From Prorocentrum cordatum (Eukaryota): DNA of 64,000 nucleotides. Below are positions 26,391-38,200 of the stretch, piece after piece. The notes beneath the pieces were generated by a model, which was not told the DNA's origin, did no database searches, and was given only the letters and a program-made list of their open reading frames with translations. The first letter of the stretch is position 1. The number at the start of each line of letters is the position of its first letter. The position numbers and the translations under genes are program-made. The stretch spans positions 1,054,001 to 1,118,000 of the forward strand of contig CAUYUJ010000001.1 of NCBI GenBank assembly GCA_963575745.1, read 5' to 3'.

Positions 26391-27304
26391 ACCTATCTCG
26401 GCGGCCTGGGGGGAAGCAGAGGCAGCGGACATTCTCGGAAGGCTCGGAAGTCCCCGGGCCGTCCGAAAATTCTTCTAAGCCTTCCCCGAATACACAGAGA
26501 TTGTCAGGATGCGCGAGGGTTTCTGAGAAGTCCCGCCGCCTTCGGAGAAGGCCTTCTCCTTCTCACTTCCCCCCTCGCTCGCCGCCGCTCGTGGGCGAAA
26601 GACATATCCGTGCACACGGCCTCGCAGGCCTGGCCCAGGAGCCGTGACCCCGCGGATAGGGGGCGCTCTTTTGTCGCGGAGCCCCCGCGCGCAGCGTATC
26701 CGTGCATCCGCGCATCACCAGGGTCGCGGTCCAGGAGGAGGACGAGGAGGAGGAGGACGAGGATGAGGAGGACGAGGAGCAGGAGGAGGACGAGGAGGAG
26801 GAGGAAGACGAGGAGGAGGACGAGGAGGCGGCGCAGGAGGAGGAGGAGGAGGAGGTCGAGGAAGAGGAGGAGGAGAAGGAGGAAGAGGGCGAGGAGGAAG
26901 AGGAGGAGGAGGAGGAGGAGGAGGAGGAGAAGGAAGAGGAGGAGGCGAGTTCGCCGCTCGTGAGATGCGGGGCCGCGCGCCGGTGTAGCCCTTCGCGGAG
27001 GCGGCCTCTGCTCTCAGACCCCCCCATCACGTCGCGAAGAATTCGCGACGGGAGGAAGATTTTCCCCAAGACAATCAGCCCGCCTGATTGAGCTGCACAC
27101 GAGGCGCCTCAGCGAGTGATTGCACTTAGGGGGTTTTATTTCTCGACAAAGAAACTGGGCCTGGTTGTCGGTCTGGCCGGCTTGTGGCCGCCCGTCGCGC
27201 CGTCCTTGGTCACGATTTTGATTGTGCGAGGGCATGGTCGTCGGTCCTGCCGGCTTGTGGCCGCCCGTGGCCGCCGTCTTCGGTCACGGTGTTTTGTTTG
27301 TGCG

Positions 27305-27690
27305 AGGTTCACGCTTTGCATTGCTTTGCATTCCTTTGCACTGCGTTGCGTTGGTTTGCATAGCTGCGCGTTGTCTTCATCGCTTTGCATTGATCTGCGT
27401 TGTTTTGCATTGCGTTGATCTGCATTGCGTTGCTTTGGCTTGCTTTGCGTTGCATTGCGTTGCATTGCATTGCCTTGCACTGCGTTGAATTGTTCTGCGT
27501 TGCTTCGCACTGGATTGCAATCGCATTACACTGCATTGATTTGCTTTACATTGATGTGCATTGATTTGCATAGCTGTGCGTTGCTTTGCACTGCTTCGCA
27601 TTGCTTTGCACCACATAGATTGCACCACATGAACTGCGCCACCTAGATTGCACCACATTGATTGTACCACCTAGACTGCGCCGCATAATT
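27305..27690. repeat. (TTGCA/TTGCG)n pentamer repeat grading into a 15-bp tagattgcaccacat unit
   Basis: Direct reading. Confidence 0.9.
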
Positions 27691-27845
27691 TGTAAGAAAT
27701 CACTGCTCGGGGTCCACGCTGCCGAACCTTTTGTATTTTCGGTTCCCCTGGGCCCTTGCCCAGCCTCGGGACAGTCACAAAACCTTTTCAGGATGAAAAA
27801 CCGGTCGCCGAGAAGGGGTCAAGACCTCTAGGGGTCCATGTCTCA

Positions 27846-28021
27846 GGGCCAACGATAGGGGGGGGGGATAGGCATAGGTGGATATGCATCGACCCCGAAT
27901 CGCCCTTCGATCGCCGACAGGGGTCTGATAGCCCCACCCTGCCCAGGAAGGTGCGGTTTCGCCATCGGGGGCCTATCGCCGTTCTATCTGCGAGGTATCG
28001 CCGATTCCAGATCGTGGCCCC
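27846..28021. mobile_element. TCA-flanked MITE
   Basis: tca|gggccaacgatagg ... atcgtggcccc|tca. Confidence 0.75.
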
Positions 28022-28196
28022 TCAATGTCGAGACACAGTGACGACATCGGGAGTCTGGGGTGCGCGGCTTTCGGGGGGCGCGCGGGGGGGGGGGGGGGCA
28101 GAACCAGGCACGCACGGCTGCTGCGGCGAATCGCACCGCCTCCCCGCCCCCATCTTCCACTGCGGGGGTGCTGCGCGCCTCCCCTCTCCGGGAGAG

Positions 28197-28350
28197 GCAC
28201 TGGGCTGGATCCTCGGGCCGCCCGTGGGCGCCCTGCTCTACGCCCGCGCCGGCTTCCCGGCCACCTCCGCGCTGTGGGCGCTGCTGTGCGCCGCGGTGGT
28301 GCCCGCGACCGCCCTCGCCGCGGGCGCTGGCGCGGCGCGCCCGGGGGGAG
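28197..28350 (+). CDS. MFS transporter exon 4 (TM5-TM6)
   Basis: ALGWILGPPVGALLYARAGF (motif C; SLC18/DHA1-like); AG|G acceptor in phase with ..ESCE; 3' end approximate. Confidence 0.8.
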
Positions 28351-30512
28351 CGTCCCCGCCGCACTCGGGGCAGCGCAAACCGCACGTCGTGAGCTGACGA
28401 CCACAGCAACCCCCACCTGCGCGACCTCCAGACGTCTCGGGGTGCATCTCCGGGGGGGGGGGCTATGGGGAGCGTGTTGCTGGAAGGGGGCCCCTGTTCG
28501 AACGGTGGCCTTCCTCGGGGTCCGACAACCCGCACCCATACCTTGAGCGCAGCCCCAATTCGCGAGACGCGGGTCAGCTCCCTATAAGTAGAAGGGTGCG
28601 GAGTCCGCTCGTCGGCACGAGGTTCGGCATCTCACCCCGCCTATTGTCTCGGTCGGAGGAAGGTGTTTTGACGTTCTCGGACGTTTTTCGTCGGCTCCCG
28701 GATGCTGGATGCTGTTTAGCGGCTGCGCCTCGTCGGAAGCGTCAGAGGCCTGCACTATGGCCAAAACACGACTGGGGCCTCAGATGTCCTACGATTTGGT
28801 CGTTTCCAACCCTGTATGTTTTAAGGTTTCGGCTTTTGTTGACCGTTTACGGGCCCTGTGGCAATCAAAACTGATTCCAGGTCTGGAGGAGGGCCTGTCG
28901 AGACAACGGCGGTTCTCCCTTACGCTTTTGGCGTTTTCGTGGGCCTCCCCGAGGCTTCTCGTCGCCACGGTTGCATCCTCTTCGAGTACAGGGATATCCG
29001 ACGGTATAATTTGTCCGATCCTAGCATTGTATCAAAATTTCGGCCTCGGGGTCCGTTTTTGGGCCCCGGGGCAATCAGAAATTGATCCGGGACAGAATTC
29101 TGGGCCTGGGGGAGGGGGAGAGACTTTTGGAGCCGCGCATTGAAAACTCAGATCGTCGGATATATGGGCTCTTGCCTAAGTCGGAAGAGGGCTGGTCGAG
29201 ATAGCGGCGGCCTTCCTTTGCGCGTGTCGTGCTGCTCTCAAGCCTCCTGAAAGCTTCTCGTCGCCGCGGCTGCATCCGCTTCGAGCAACGGGTCAGGATG
29301 GACCCCAGGATGGGGGGATCAAGTTTGAGCGCACTGGGGGGCCGGGAAACGTGCCCCCACGGCCGAAATCGTGCCACAACGCCTGGGCTGCAACAAAAGT
29401 CATGCCGTCGGAAATTTGTCGGCCACGCGCAGAGGGGGGTCGGGAAGGGGAGAAGGCTTCTGAGAAGCAGCCCTGCTTCTTAGAAGGCGCGGGCCTTAGC
29501 TATAGATTACAGTCGAGGATCTGATAAAGAAACCTTACCCGAAAAGCTGGGTCAGCGTTTCTTAGCCAATTTGCCAGAAAGCTGGCCCAGATTCTTGATC
29601 ACGTTCGCCCCCGCCAGCGGTAACAACAGATGTTGGTCCAGATTTGTTCCCAACCATCTTGTGGTGTTGGGTCCTCGTTTTGAAAAGCAGTCCCCGCGTC
29701 CACTCTCCTCCTCCTCCTCCTCCTCCTCCTCCTCCTCCTCCTCCTCCTCCTCCTCCTCCTCCTCCTCCTCTCTCCTCCTCCTCCTCCTCCTCCTCCTTCT
29801 CCTCCTTCTCCTCCTCCTCCTGCTCGCTCTCCCCTCGGGTCGCCTGCGGCCCCGGGGGAAGCCGTCCATTCCAGAGGCCGAGCTCGAGGCAAAACGCCCA
29901 AGTAAAAGAAGCGAGCCGTCGCAGATCAGCCACGCGCAGATGGGGGTGTAGGATGAGGGGGGAGGTTTGCTTAGAAGCACCCCTGCTTCTTAGAAGGCGC
30001 GGGCAGTGTCTGTAGATGTAGGGCCGGCGCCTTCTGAGAAGCAGCTTCCTTCTAAGAAGCATTCCCCCCGCCCACTATTTCCTTGCGCGCGCCGCCAAGC
30101 AGAGCTGGGCGTCTCGCGTTCCACGCGGTTTGGTGGCTGCCCTGGCGCCCGGCTGTGGCGAGCTCGCAGGCGCGCTGCTGGAGGAGTCGAGGGCGGCCAA
30201 GCGACACGCTGTCCACGTCCCCATCCCCAAGCGTCAACGTCCCGAGCTTTTCTCAGCCTCCCACCCCGCGGAGCGGAGCGACACGCTGCCAGCTTGCAAG
30301 GCACAGCGAGTCGCCAGGGCCGCCGCCGCGACACGCTGCCCAAAAGTTCCTCACAATACGGGGGGGGGCATCACGGCCAGGGCCATGAGATCTTCCCAGA
30401 TCTCATGGCCCATCCGCTTTTTCCGATGCGTCCGCTGGCCCCTTCCCCCTGGGCCGCGCACGTGCCTCGGGCCACGATTTGCGAACCCCCTCTTGAGCGG
30501 CCCCCCTCTTAG

Positions 30513-30590
30513 GGCGCCCCCGAAGGAGAGGGACGAGGAGGCGGAGGAGAAGATGCCGTCCAGCCAGCAGAGCCTTGCCGACCTCGGGGC
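30513..30590 (+). CDS. Possible MFS central-loop exon (APPKERDEEAEEKMPSSQQSLADL)
   Basis: Hydrophilic segment between the TM6 and TM7 exons, TTAG|G acceptor; phases not resolved. Confidence 0.35.
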
Positions 30591-31466
30591 CGCGCCGACA
30601 GGGGGGGAGGCGGGCGGGCGGGGAGCATGCCCACACCGGCCCCTGACTTCGGGTCCGCCGTGCTGTATGGTCGACTCGTCTACTTACCAGTGCGTCCGAA
30701 ATGCACCCAGAACGATGCAAAAAAGCAGGGCGGACATCTCTGCTTCAGAACAGAGCAGGGGCGGGGGGTTATCCTCCAGCAAAAGTACGGAGGAAACAGC
30801 GATGGCCAAGTACGGCGGAAATCAAATCGGCACCAAAGGAGCTTGGAACAGTGGGACGGAAATCTCCGCCCTACCAGCGATATCGCCTAAAGCACGGCGG
30901 ATCCGAAGTCAGGGTCCGCCTCGCGGCCTGGGCTCCAGCGGCCGTAACCCCACGGGCACCCAGACCTCCGACGAGAGGAGTTTTGTCCATCGGGGCGTGT
31001 TTGGTAGATGTGGCCCCTGAGGCCCATTTTCCGGCCCCGGGGCCAGCAGTTCTGGATCTGGGGCGAGAAGTTGGCCCCAGGGAAGGGCCTGGGACCTCCC
31101 TGGGGCTGCGCATTGCACGAAGGCAAATCGTCGGACGCCTGGGGACACAGGGCGGCTTTGTGTGGATGCCCCGCGCGATCGTGCAGTTGCCCATGGGGCC
31201 CTGCCTCGGTGTCCCCGGACCCCGACGTCGTGATGGAGTCATGGCGCAGACCCCCGCGGGTCTGGCCCCCTTCCGCGGGAGCGCTTCTTCCGCCTGAGCC
31301 GTCCTTTGACGGCCCCGAGGGCCCGGGGAGGGCACCCTTCAGGCCCTCAAAGCGGGGAGAGCAGCACCACCCGCCGTGCCCTTTTTGTTGCCTCACGGCG
31401 CGAGGGGTGCCCCCCAAGGGGGGGGGGAGGCCCCGGGCCTGGCCGTGGCCTCCACCGTCCTGGGAG

Positions 31467-31675
31467 GCGGCGGGGCTCGCGGCCAGCGGCGCGCACGTCT
31501 TCGCCTACGGCCTCGGCAGCGGGGCCATGTACGCGGGGCTGGCGCTGCGGGGCCGGGCGCTGGGCCTGGGCGCGGGCGCCACGGCGCTGCTGCAGCTGCT
31601 CGTGGCCGCGAGCTACCTCGTGGGGGCGCCGCTGGTGGGCAGGGGCTGCGACGGCTGCTCGCCGCGCGGCCAGTG
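31467..31675 (+). CDS. MFS transporter exon (TM7-TM8)
   Basis: ..VFAYGLGSGAMYAGL..LLVAASYLVGAPLVGRGCD: second motif A copy; GA donor, phase 2. Confidence 0.8.
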
Positions 31676-31844
31676 GAGCTCAGGGGAGGAGAAGCCTGGG
31701 ATCCTGGCGTCCCCCGCTCGCCGCAACGGGCGGTGTCGCATCGCGTCTGGGCCCCACGACGGCTGGATTCTCCTCGAAGTTCTGGTCATGCATCCCGGGG
31801 GAGGTCCGGGAAGCAGCGGCATCGGTACCCTTTTGCCCCCCCAG

Positions 31845-31902
31845 GCGCATCACGGCGGCTGGCTGGGGCGTCCTGATCGTGGCGTTCGCTGGCCTGTCCG
31901 AG
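31845..31902 (+). CDS. MFS transporter exon (TM9: RITAAGWGVLIVAFAGLSE)
   Basis: Phases match both neighbours; CAG|G acceptor, GA donor. Confidence 0.7.
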
Positions 31903-32146
31903 GAGTTCGGGGAAGCGAGCACGGCAGAAGCCTGCGCTTTCTCAGGTCCGCGCGGGTTCCTCGGAGGGGCGCCGCCAGGGGGACCTCCAGCGCCGCTCCA
32001 AGAAGTCCACGCGGACCTGCGGAAGCTTACACGCGTGCGTCGTTCTCTCGTCTTCGAGGCACGCCGATCCAGCGCTGCCGCCGATCCGAGAAATCCGCGC
32101 GGGCCTCCAAAAGCTTATGCTTGTGTCATTTGTTGTTCCTCCGTAG

Positions 32147-32206
32147 GCGTCGCGGGGAGGGCCGCCACTGGTGGCCGCCTCGCTGCTTCTCCTGGGCGCG
32201 GGGGAG
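32147..32206 (+). CDS. MFS transporter exon (TM10 start: ASRGGPPLVAASLLLLGAGE)
   Basis: TAG|G acceptor after a pyrimidine tract; GC donor. Confidence 0.7.
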
Positions 32207-32211
32207 GCTCA

Positions 32212-32432
32212 GCGGCAACGTCAGGGGGGGAATGGGCTCATGTGGGGATGCATCGACCCAGTATCGGCCCCCAATCGCCCAGTCATCGCCGATGGGGCCC
32301 CGATAGCACACCCACCCAAGAACGTGGAAAATGACGCCATCGGGGGCGCATCGCCGATCTATTGGCGATGTATCGCCGATTTCAGCGCGATGTTTCACCC
32401 CCCGTGCGCCCACCCTCTCCTGGTGTTCCCCC
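32212..32432. mobile_element. TCA-family MITE filling almost the whole intron 32207-32438
   Basis: tca|gcggcaacgtcagg ... tgttccccc; family core present. Confidence 0.7.
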
Positions 32433-32438
32433 TCGGAG

Positions 32439-32486
32439 GCGTGCGTGCTGGTCCCGTCCTACCCCCTGCTCACGGCTGCTGCGCCG
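32439..32486 (+). CDS. MFS transporter exon (ACVLVPSYPLLTAAAP)
   Basis: In-frame continuation of TM10; AG|G acceptor, GC donor. Confidence 0.65.
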
Positions 32487-32654
32487 GCCCGTCCCTGGCC
32501 GCGCGCAGCGGGGGTCTCCCGGATCTCCGACGATGCTGTTTTCGTTCGCTCTTGGCATGGCTCCTTGATTTCGGCTTCGGGGCCCGTTCCAACGGCTCCG
32601 GGGCGACAGGCTGGCAGCGGGGGAGGGGTCGGGGCCTGTGGGGCCACGCCTAAC

Positions 32655-32706
32655 AAAACACACTCTCACACACACACACACACACTCTCACACACACACA
32701 CACACT

Positions 32707-32768
<62 letters not shown>

Positions 32769-32787
32769 CACACACACACACACACTC

Positions 32788-32822
<35 letters not shown>

Positions 32823-32824
32823 CA
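32655..32824. repeat. (CA)n microsatellite
   Basis: Direct reading. Confidence 0.95.
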
Positions 32825-32844
32825 TCGTCGGGTGTTTGGGGGAG

Positions 32845-32859
32845 GCGCGCTGGGCGAGG
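32845..32859 (+). CDS. Possible MFS micro-exon (ALGEG), part of TM11
   Basis: Joins in phase to the last exon to give ALGEGLGP; rest of TM11 unresolved. Confidence 0.4.
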
Positions 32860-33815
32860 GCTGTCCGAGACGGCAGGCGGGGGATTCTCCGAGGCCCTCC
32901 CGCCTTCCAGGCGGCTTCCTCGGGGGCCTCCCGATCACCTCGGAGAAGGCCCCTGCCGTCTTCGAGAGCCCCCCCCGACTTCTCCCGCGTGCGCGCCGCC
33001 AACCCCAGAGATCCAGCGGCGCGATTGTGTCGGCCAGCTTTTCATCCCGAGCTATTTTTGGCGGTTCCCGGGCCCGAGACCTTGGTTCAGATGTTCTGAA
33101 TGCAGAGAAATTGCCGCCCCGAGTTTTTCGAACTGCGGGATCTCTGGGACCGTCCCGGCCTCGTCTCCGCCGTCTTCAACGGCACCTGGGCGATAGGCCA
33201 AGGCTCGCGGGCGTCCAACAGGGGGGTAAGGACTATGATGCGCTAGCCCTCTTCGTCCTGTCCTTCCTTTTCTGGGGTCGGACGAGAGGGGGGATGGGGA
33301 AAGGAGGGGTTACGAATCCTGCTACATGCTGCTGCTTTCCTCGATAACTAGCTTAGCGCCTCCGGCGCGGCGAGGCGCCAGGGAAATCGGCCACGTGAGT
33401 TGATTCGCAAACCACGCTTTACTACCCCACCTCTTCCGCCTGATCCAAGTGGTTCGAGAGTCGATGGATCGAGGATCGTGGTTTCTTGAAGTGTTTCATT
33501 ATTTGGGGGGCGCCTGTGGAGGGGAATTCTCGCCACCGCGGCCTGATTCCCTTTCAAGTTCCTGATCAGAGCGCACCCCAGGGGCCAATGTTCGACCCGA
33601 TCTTTGGCGCACCCTACATAAGGGGTCCAAGCAGGTTGGGTCGGAGGATCGCGCCGCATCGCCGATGCATCAGCGATGCGGCCCGATGTTGGACCCGAGT
33701 TTCTCGACGCCGACATCGCCGATACGTCGATGCATCGGCAATGCGGCGCGCTCCTCCGGCCCCGCCTGCTCGGACCTGGCCTTGCACCCCCACCGATCTT
33801 CGGCGCACCCGAGAG

Positions 33816-33931
33816 GCCTGGGGCCGTTCGCGCTCGCGGCGCTGCGCTGGGACGCCGCCATGGCGGCCGCGGCGGCCGCGGCCGCGCTCCTGCTGGCTGC
33901 GGCTGCGGCGCAGTCTGCGTCGGCGCGCTAG
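33816..33931 (+). CDS. MFS transporter terminal exon (LGPFALAALRWDAAM...SAR*)
   Basis: End of TM11 plus hydrophobic TM12 and TAG stop; AG|G acceptor. Confidence 0.7.
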
Positions 33932-34251
33932 CGCCCCGGTCGTGTGCAGGTGCCCCCTGGCCGAGCGGCAGCACGAGGGCCCCACAGAGTGCCCGACCGG
34001 CGTCCTCTCTCCTGCTCCGGGGGAACAGCGCTAGCGAGGGGGGGGGGGTAGGCTCTTGGGGAGGCACTGTGCTCGGAGTTCTGGCCTTCTCGTGGGTCCC
34101 CATGGGTTTTTCCGCCTCGGGATGCTCCCCAGCAGCTGCGCCTCGCCGCGAGGCGTCCCCGGGTGCCCAGATCGTCCCAGCGGGCCGCCAGCGACCCGAG
34201 CTATCACCCGAAACCCAGCCAGCGAGGATCACTGGCTCGGGGGGGCATGCG

Positions 34252-34410
34252 TTAAGTCGGGCCTGTCCCTCTACAGGAGGAATATTCAAAAGTAGGCAAA
34301 ACATGGTCTGGGGATAATGTTTTAGCATGTTCTGAATATGTTTGAACATTTCCTGTGTATTTGTCATTTTTCATCCAACATCCCCCTATAGGGGGACATG
34401 CCCGACCTAA
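34252..34410. mobile_element. hAT-like MITE with perfect 8-bp TSD, nested in a TCA-family element (~34020-34545)
   Basis: ggcatgcg|ttaagtcggg ... cccgacctaa|ggcatgcg. Confidence 0.85.
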
Positions 34411-34954
34411 GGCATGCGTCGACCCCAAACAGCACATTCGTCGCCGATGGGAGCCTGTCAGCCAGACCCGCCCAGGAGTGTGCAGTTTCGCTGCCTGGGG
34501 CCCACCGCCGACTTCTCGGCGATGTGTCGCCGACTCCGTCCTCCCTCTCCTTCTCCGCCTCCTGGCCCCCTCTCCCCATCCTCCCTCCCCCGTCCCCCAG
34601 TCCTCCCTCACTTCGGCGGCGCGCAGAGCGGGGGTGGGGCCAGGGGGGGCGGCCCTCTGCGAAGAACGCTGGGGGGGGGGGGCCTCTCGGAGGCGCCCGA
34701 TCCCTTCTGAGGAGCCCCCCTGCCTTCTTGGAAGGCCGCCCCCGTCAATCCCCCCCCGTCCTACACGGTGTGCGAGGGTGGAGGGGGAAGGGGGGGCGGC
34801 GGGATCCCGATTCGCCGATCCACTGTCGAGTTTTCGATCTGATGGAGGGCTGGCCTGACCACCCCAACGCTGCGTGCCGCCAACTCCCTTCAACCAGGGG
34901 ATCCCTCGCTTTGTCCGCTCGGGCCCGCCCCGTGCGCGCAGACCCGGCGGGGAG

Positions 34955-35041
34955 GCCCACCTGGAGCGCTTCGTTCGCGCCAAGTACGAGCAGAAGCTGT
35001 TCGCCCGGGGCGACCTCAGAGACCCGCCAGCCAACCCGGAG
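34955..35041 (+). CDS. ArfGAP-PDZ exon 6 (AHLERFVRAKYEQKLFARGDLRDPPANPE)
   Basis: ArfGAP C-terminal F-x-R-A-K-Y motif; AG|G acceptor, GC donor. Confidence 0.85.
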
Positions 35042-35629
35042 GCCGCAACGCCGCGGCCCACGTCGCCTTTCAGGGACCTTCGCTGGGGGGGAGGGATCGG
35101 ATTTTTGGACGTTTTCGTCGGTTCTCGGCGCTTGGCGAGCCTCGGGACGCTCTCCGGCACCTGCGCTTCGCCGAGGGCGTCTGGGAGGTGCTCGGATCGT
35201 CCCGAAAGCCGCCAGAGAGGCGAGTTATGAACCGAAAACCAAGGAGGAACGTCGGAAGGGAATGGGCTCAGCGGGGGGAACGCATCGATACCCAATCGCC
35301 CATTCATCGCCGACAGGGGGCCGACGGCCCGGCCCCGCCCAGGGACATGCGGTTTCGCCATCGACGGCAAATCATGTCGGCCATGTGTCGCCGATAGCAG
35401 GTCGATCTCTCCTCCCCTGAGCCAGTCCCTCCCGGCGTATCGTTTCCCCTCAGGTTCTGGCAGCGCGCATCAGGCGGTGGGGAGGGGGGCGCAGCCTTCA
35501 GAGAGGGCAGCGGGCTCCCGAGGAGGCTCCGAAGCCCCTCCTCGGGGGGCCTCCTCGATACAAGATTGAGGTCAGATGAGATTTTATGTAGAAACAGTTT
35601 GCGCGGGTTTGCCCATGTTCTTTGCTTTG

Positions 35630-38200
35630 TTCGTGTGTATACGTGCGTATGTCTGTGTGTACGCGTATGTGTACGTGTCTACGTGTCTACGTGTGTGTGT
35701 GTGTGTGCTTCTACGCCCCGTCGCCGCACGCGGAGCCGCGACGCCAAAATGTGTGTGTGTGTAAGTGCAAGGTGCGTGTCAGTGTAAGGCGTTTGCAAGT
35801 GCAAGTGCAAATGTAAGAGACCGTGTAAGTGTAAGTGTGCGTGTAAGTGGAGAGTGAGTGCGAGTGTGAGTGCAAGTGTAAGTGTAAGTGTGTGCGTGTG
35901 TGTGAGTGAGTGTGTGTGCGTGTGTATGTGCGTGTGTGTACGTGTGTGCGCGTATGTGTGCGTGTGTGTGTGTGTGCGTGTGTGTCTGCGTGTGTGTGCA
36001 TGCGTGTGTTTGTGCGCGTGTGTGTGCGCGTGTGTGTGCGTGTGTGTGTGTGTGCGTGTGTGCGCGTGTGTGTGTGCGTGTGTGTGTGTGCGTGTGTGTA
36101 CGTGTGTGTACGCGTTTGTGTACGTGTGGGTAGTGTGTGCGCACGTGTGTGTAAGTCTGTGCGTACGTGTGTGCCTGTGCCTGTGCGTGTGCGGTTGGGT
36201 GTGCGTGTGCGTGTGCGTGTGTGCGTGTGTGGTTGTGTTTGTGGTTGTGTGTGTGTTTATATGTGTGCTTGCGTTTGTGTGTGATTGTGTCGGTGTGTAT
36301 GTTTGTGTGTGCTTGTGCTTGTGCGTGTGCTTGTGCTTGTGCTTGTGCTTGGGTGTGCGTGTGCTTGTGCGTATGCTTGTGCCTGTGCTTGTGCTTGTGC
36401 TTGTGTTGTTGTTTGTGTGTTTGTGATTGTGTGTTTGTGTCTGTGTCCGTGTCTGTGTCTGTGTCTGTGTCTGTGTCTGTATGGTGTGTGTTGTGTGGTG
36501 CGTGTAGTGTGATTTGTATTGTGTGGTGTGGGTTGCGTGTTGCGTGTTGCGTGTTGCGTGAGTGTTGCGTATTGCGTGTTGTGTGGTGTGTGTGTTGCGT
36601 GTTGTGTGGTGTATGTTGCGTGTTGTGTGGTACGCGTTGTGTGTTGTGTCGTGTGTTGTGTGTGTTGTGTTGTGTGTGCTGTGTAGGGTGTAGGGTGTAG
36701 GGTGTCTGTTGGGTGTAGGATGTGTGGTGTGTTGTGTGTGTGCCGTGTGCTGTGTGTTGCGTGTTGTGTGTGTTGTGGGATGTGGGTTGTGTGTTGTGTG
36801 TTGTGTTCTGTGTTGTGTGGTGTGTGTTGTGTGGTGTGTTGTGTGCTGTGTGTGTTGTGGGTTGCGTGTTGTGGGTTGTGGGTTGCGGGTTGTGGGTTGC
36901 GGGTTGTGTCGTTGTGGGTTGTGTGGTTGTGGGTTGTGGGTTCTGGGTTGTGGGTTGTGGGTTCTGTGTTGAGTGTTGTGTGGTGTGTGTTGTGTGGTGT
37001 GTGGTGTGTGGTGTGTGTTGTGTGTTGTGTGTTGTGCGGTGTGTGTTGTGGGTTGTGGGTTGTGTGTTGTGGGTTGTGTGGTGTATGGTGTGAGTTTTTT
37101 GTTTGGTGTGTGGTGACTGGTGTGTGTGTGTGTTGTGTGGTGTGTGCTGTGCGGTGTGTGGTGTGTGGTGTGTGATGTGTGTGTCGTGTGGTGTGGGTGG
37201 TGTGAGTTGTGTGTTGTGTGTGTGTTGTGTGTTGTGTGTTGTGTGCTGTGCGTTGTGTGGTGTGCGGTGTGTGGTGTATGGTGTGTATGTGTGCGCGTGC
37301 GTGCGTGCATGTGTGTGCCTGCGTGTGTGCATGTGTGTGAGCGTTGTTGTGTGTGTGTGTGTGTTTGTGTGTGTGTTTGTCTGTTTTTGTGTGTCTGTTT
37401 GTCTGGTTGTGTGGTTGTGTGATTGTGGGTCTGTGTGTGTGTTTGTGTGGTTGTGTAGTTGTGTGGTTGTGTGTTTGTGTGGTTGGGTGATTGTGTGGTT
37501 GTGGGTTTGTGTGTTGTGTGGTTGTGTGTTTGTGTGGTTGTGCGTTTGTGTGGTTGTGTGCGTGTGTGCATTGGTGGATCGGTGGGGGGGTGGAGGGGTG
37601 GGGGGGGAGATGTTGGGGTATGGGTGTATTGGGGTGCGGGTGGTGCCGGGTGTGGGTGTGGGGTGTGGGGGTGTGGGGGTGTTGGGGTGTGGGTGGAGCC
37701 AGGGTGTGGGGGGTGTGGGGGAGGTGGGGGGGGGGTGGGGGGTGGGGGCTGTGGCGGCTGTGACGGCTGTGGCGCTGTGGCGGCTGCGGCGGCTGTGACG
37801 GCTGTGGGGGTGTGGGGGTGTAGAGGGGGTGTGGGGGTGTGGGGGTGTGGGGGTGTGGGGGGAGTGTGGGGGTGTGGGGGCGTGGGGGTGTGGGGGGGTG
37901 CGTGTATAAGTGTGAGAGTGTGTGTGTGTATGAGAGTATGTGCTGTGAGGATATGTGCTGTGTGTGTTCGTGCGTGTGTGTGTGTGTGTGTGTGTCTGTA
38001 TGTGGTGTGTATGTGTGCGCGTGTGTGTGCTTCGTGCGTTTTGTGCGGTGTGTGTGTATGTGTGTGATGTGATGTGTGTGTGTTGCGTGTTGTGTGTTGT
38101 GTGTTGTGTGTTGTGTGTTTGTCATGTGTGTCTGTGTGTTGCGTGTTGTGTGTATGTGTGTTGTAGATTGCGTGCTCTGTATTGTGCGTATTGTGTTGCA
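35630..38200. repeat. 2.5-kb modular TG-rich tract
   Basis: Blocks of (TG)n, (GTGCTT)n, (GTTGT)n, (GGGTTGT)n and (GGGGGTGT)n. Confidence 0.95.

Noticed and set aside
34934..34941. gcgcgcag direct repeat shared with the exon 4 end, as an alternative acceptor
   Set aside because: Splicing there puts LERFVRAKY out of frame
36690..37900. Telomeric repeat
   Set aside because: No TTTAGGG arrays; only TG-rich degenerate units
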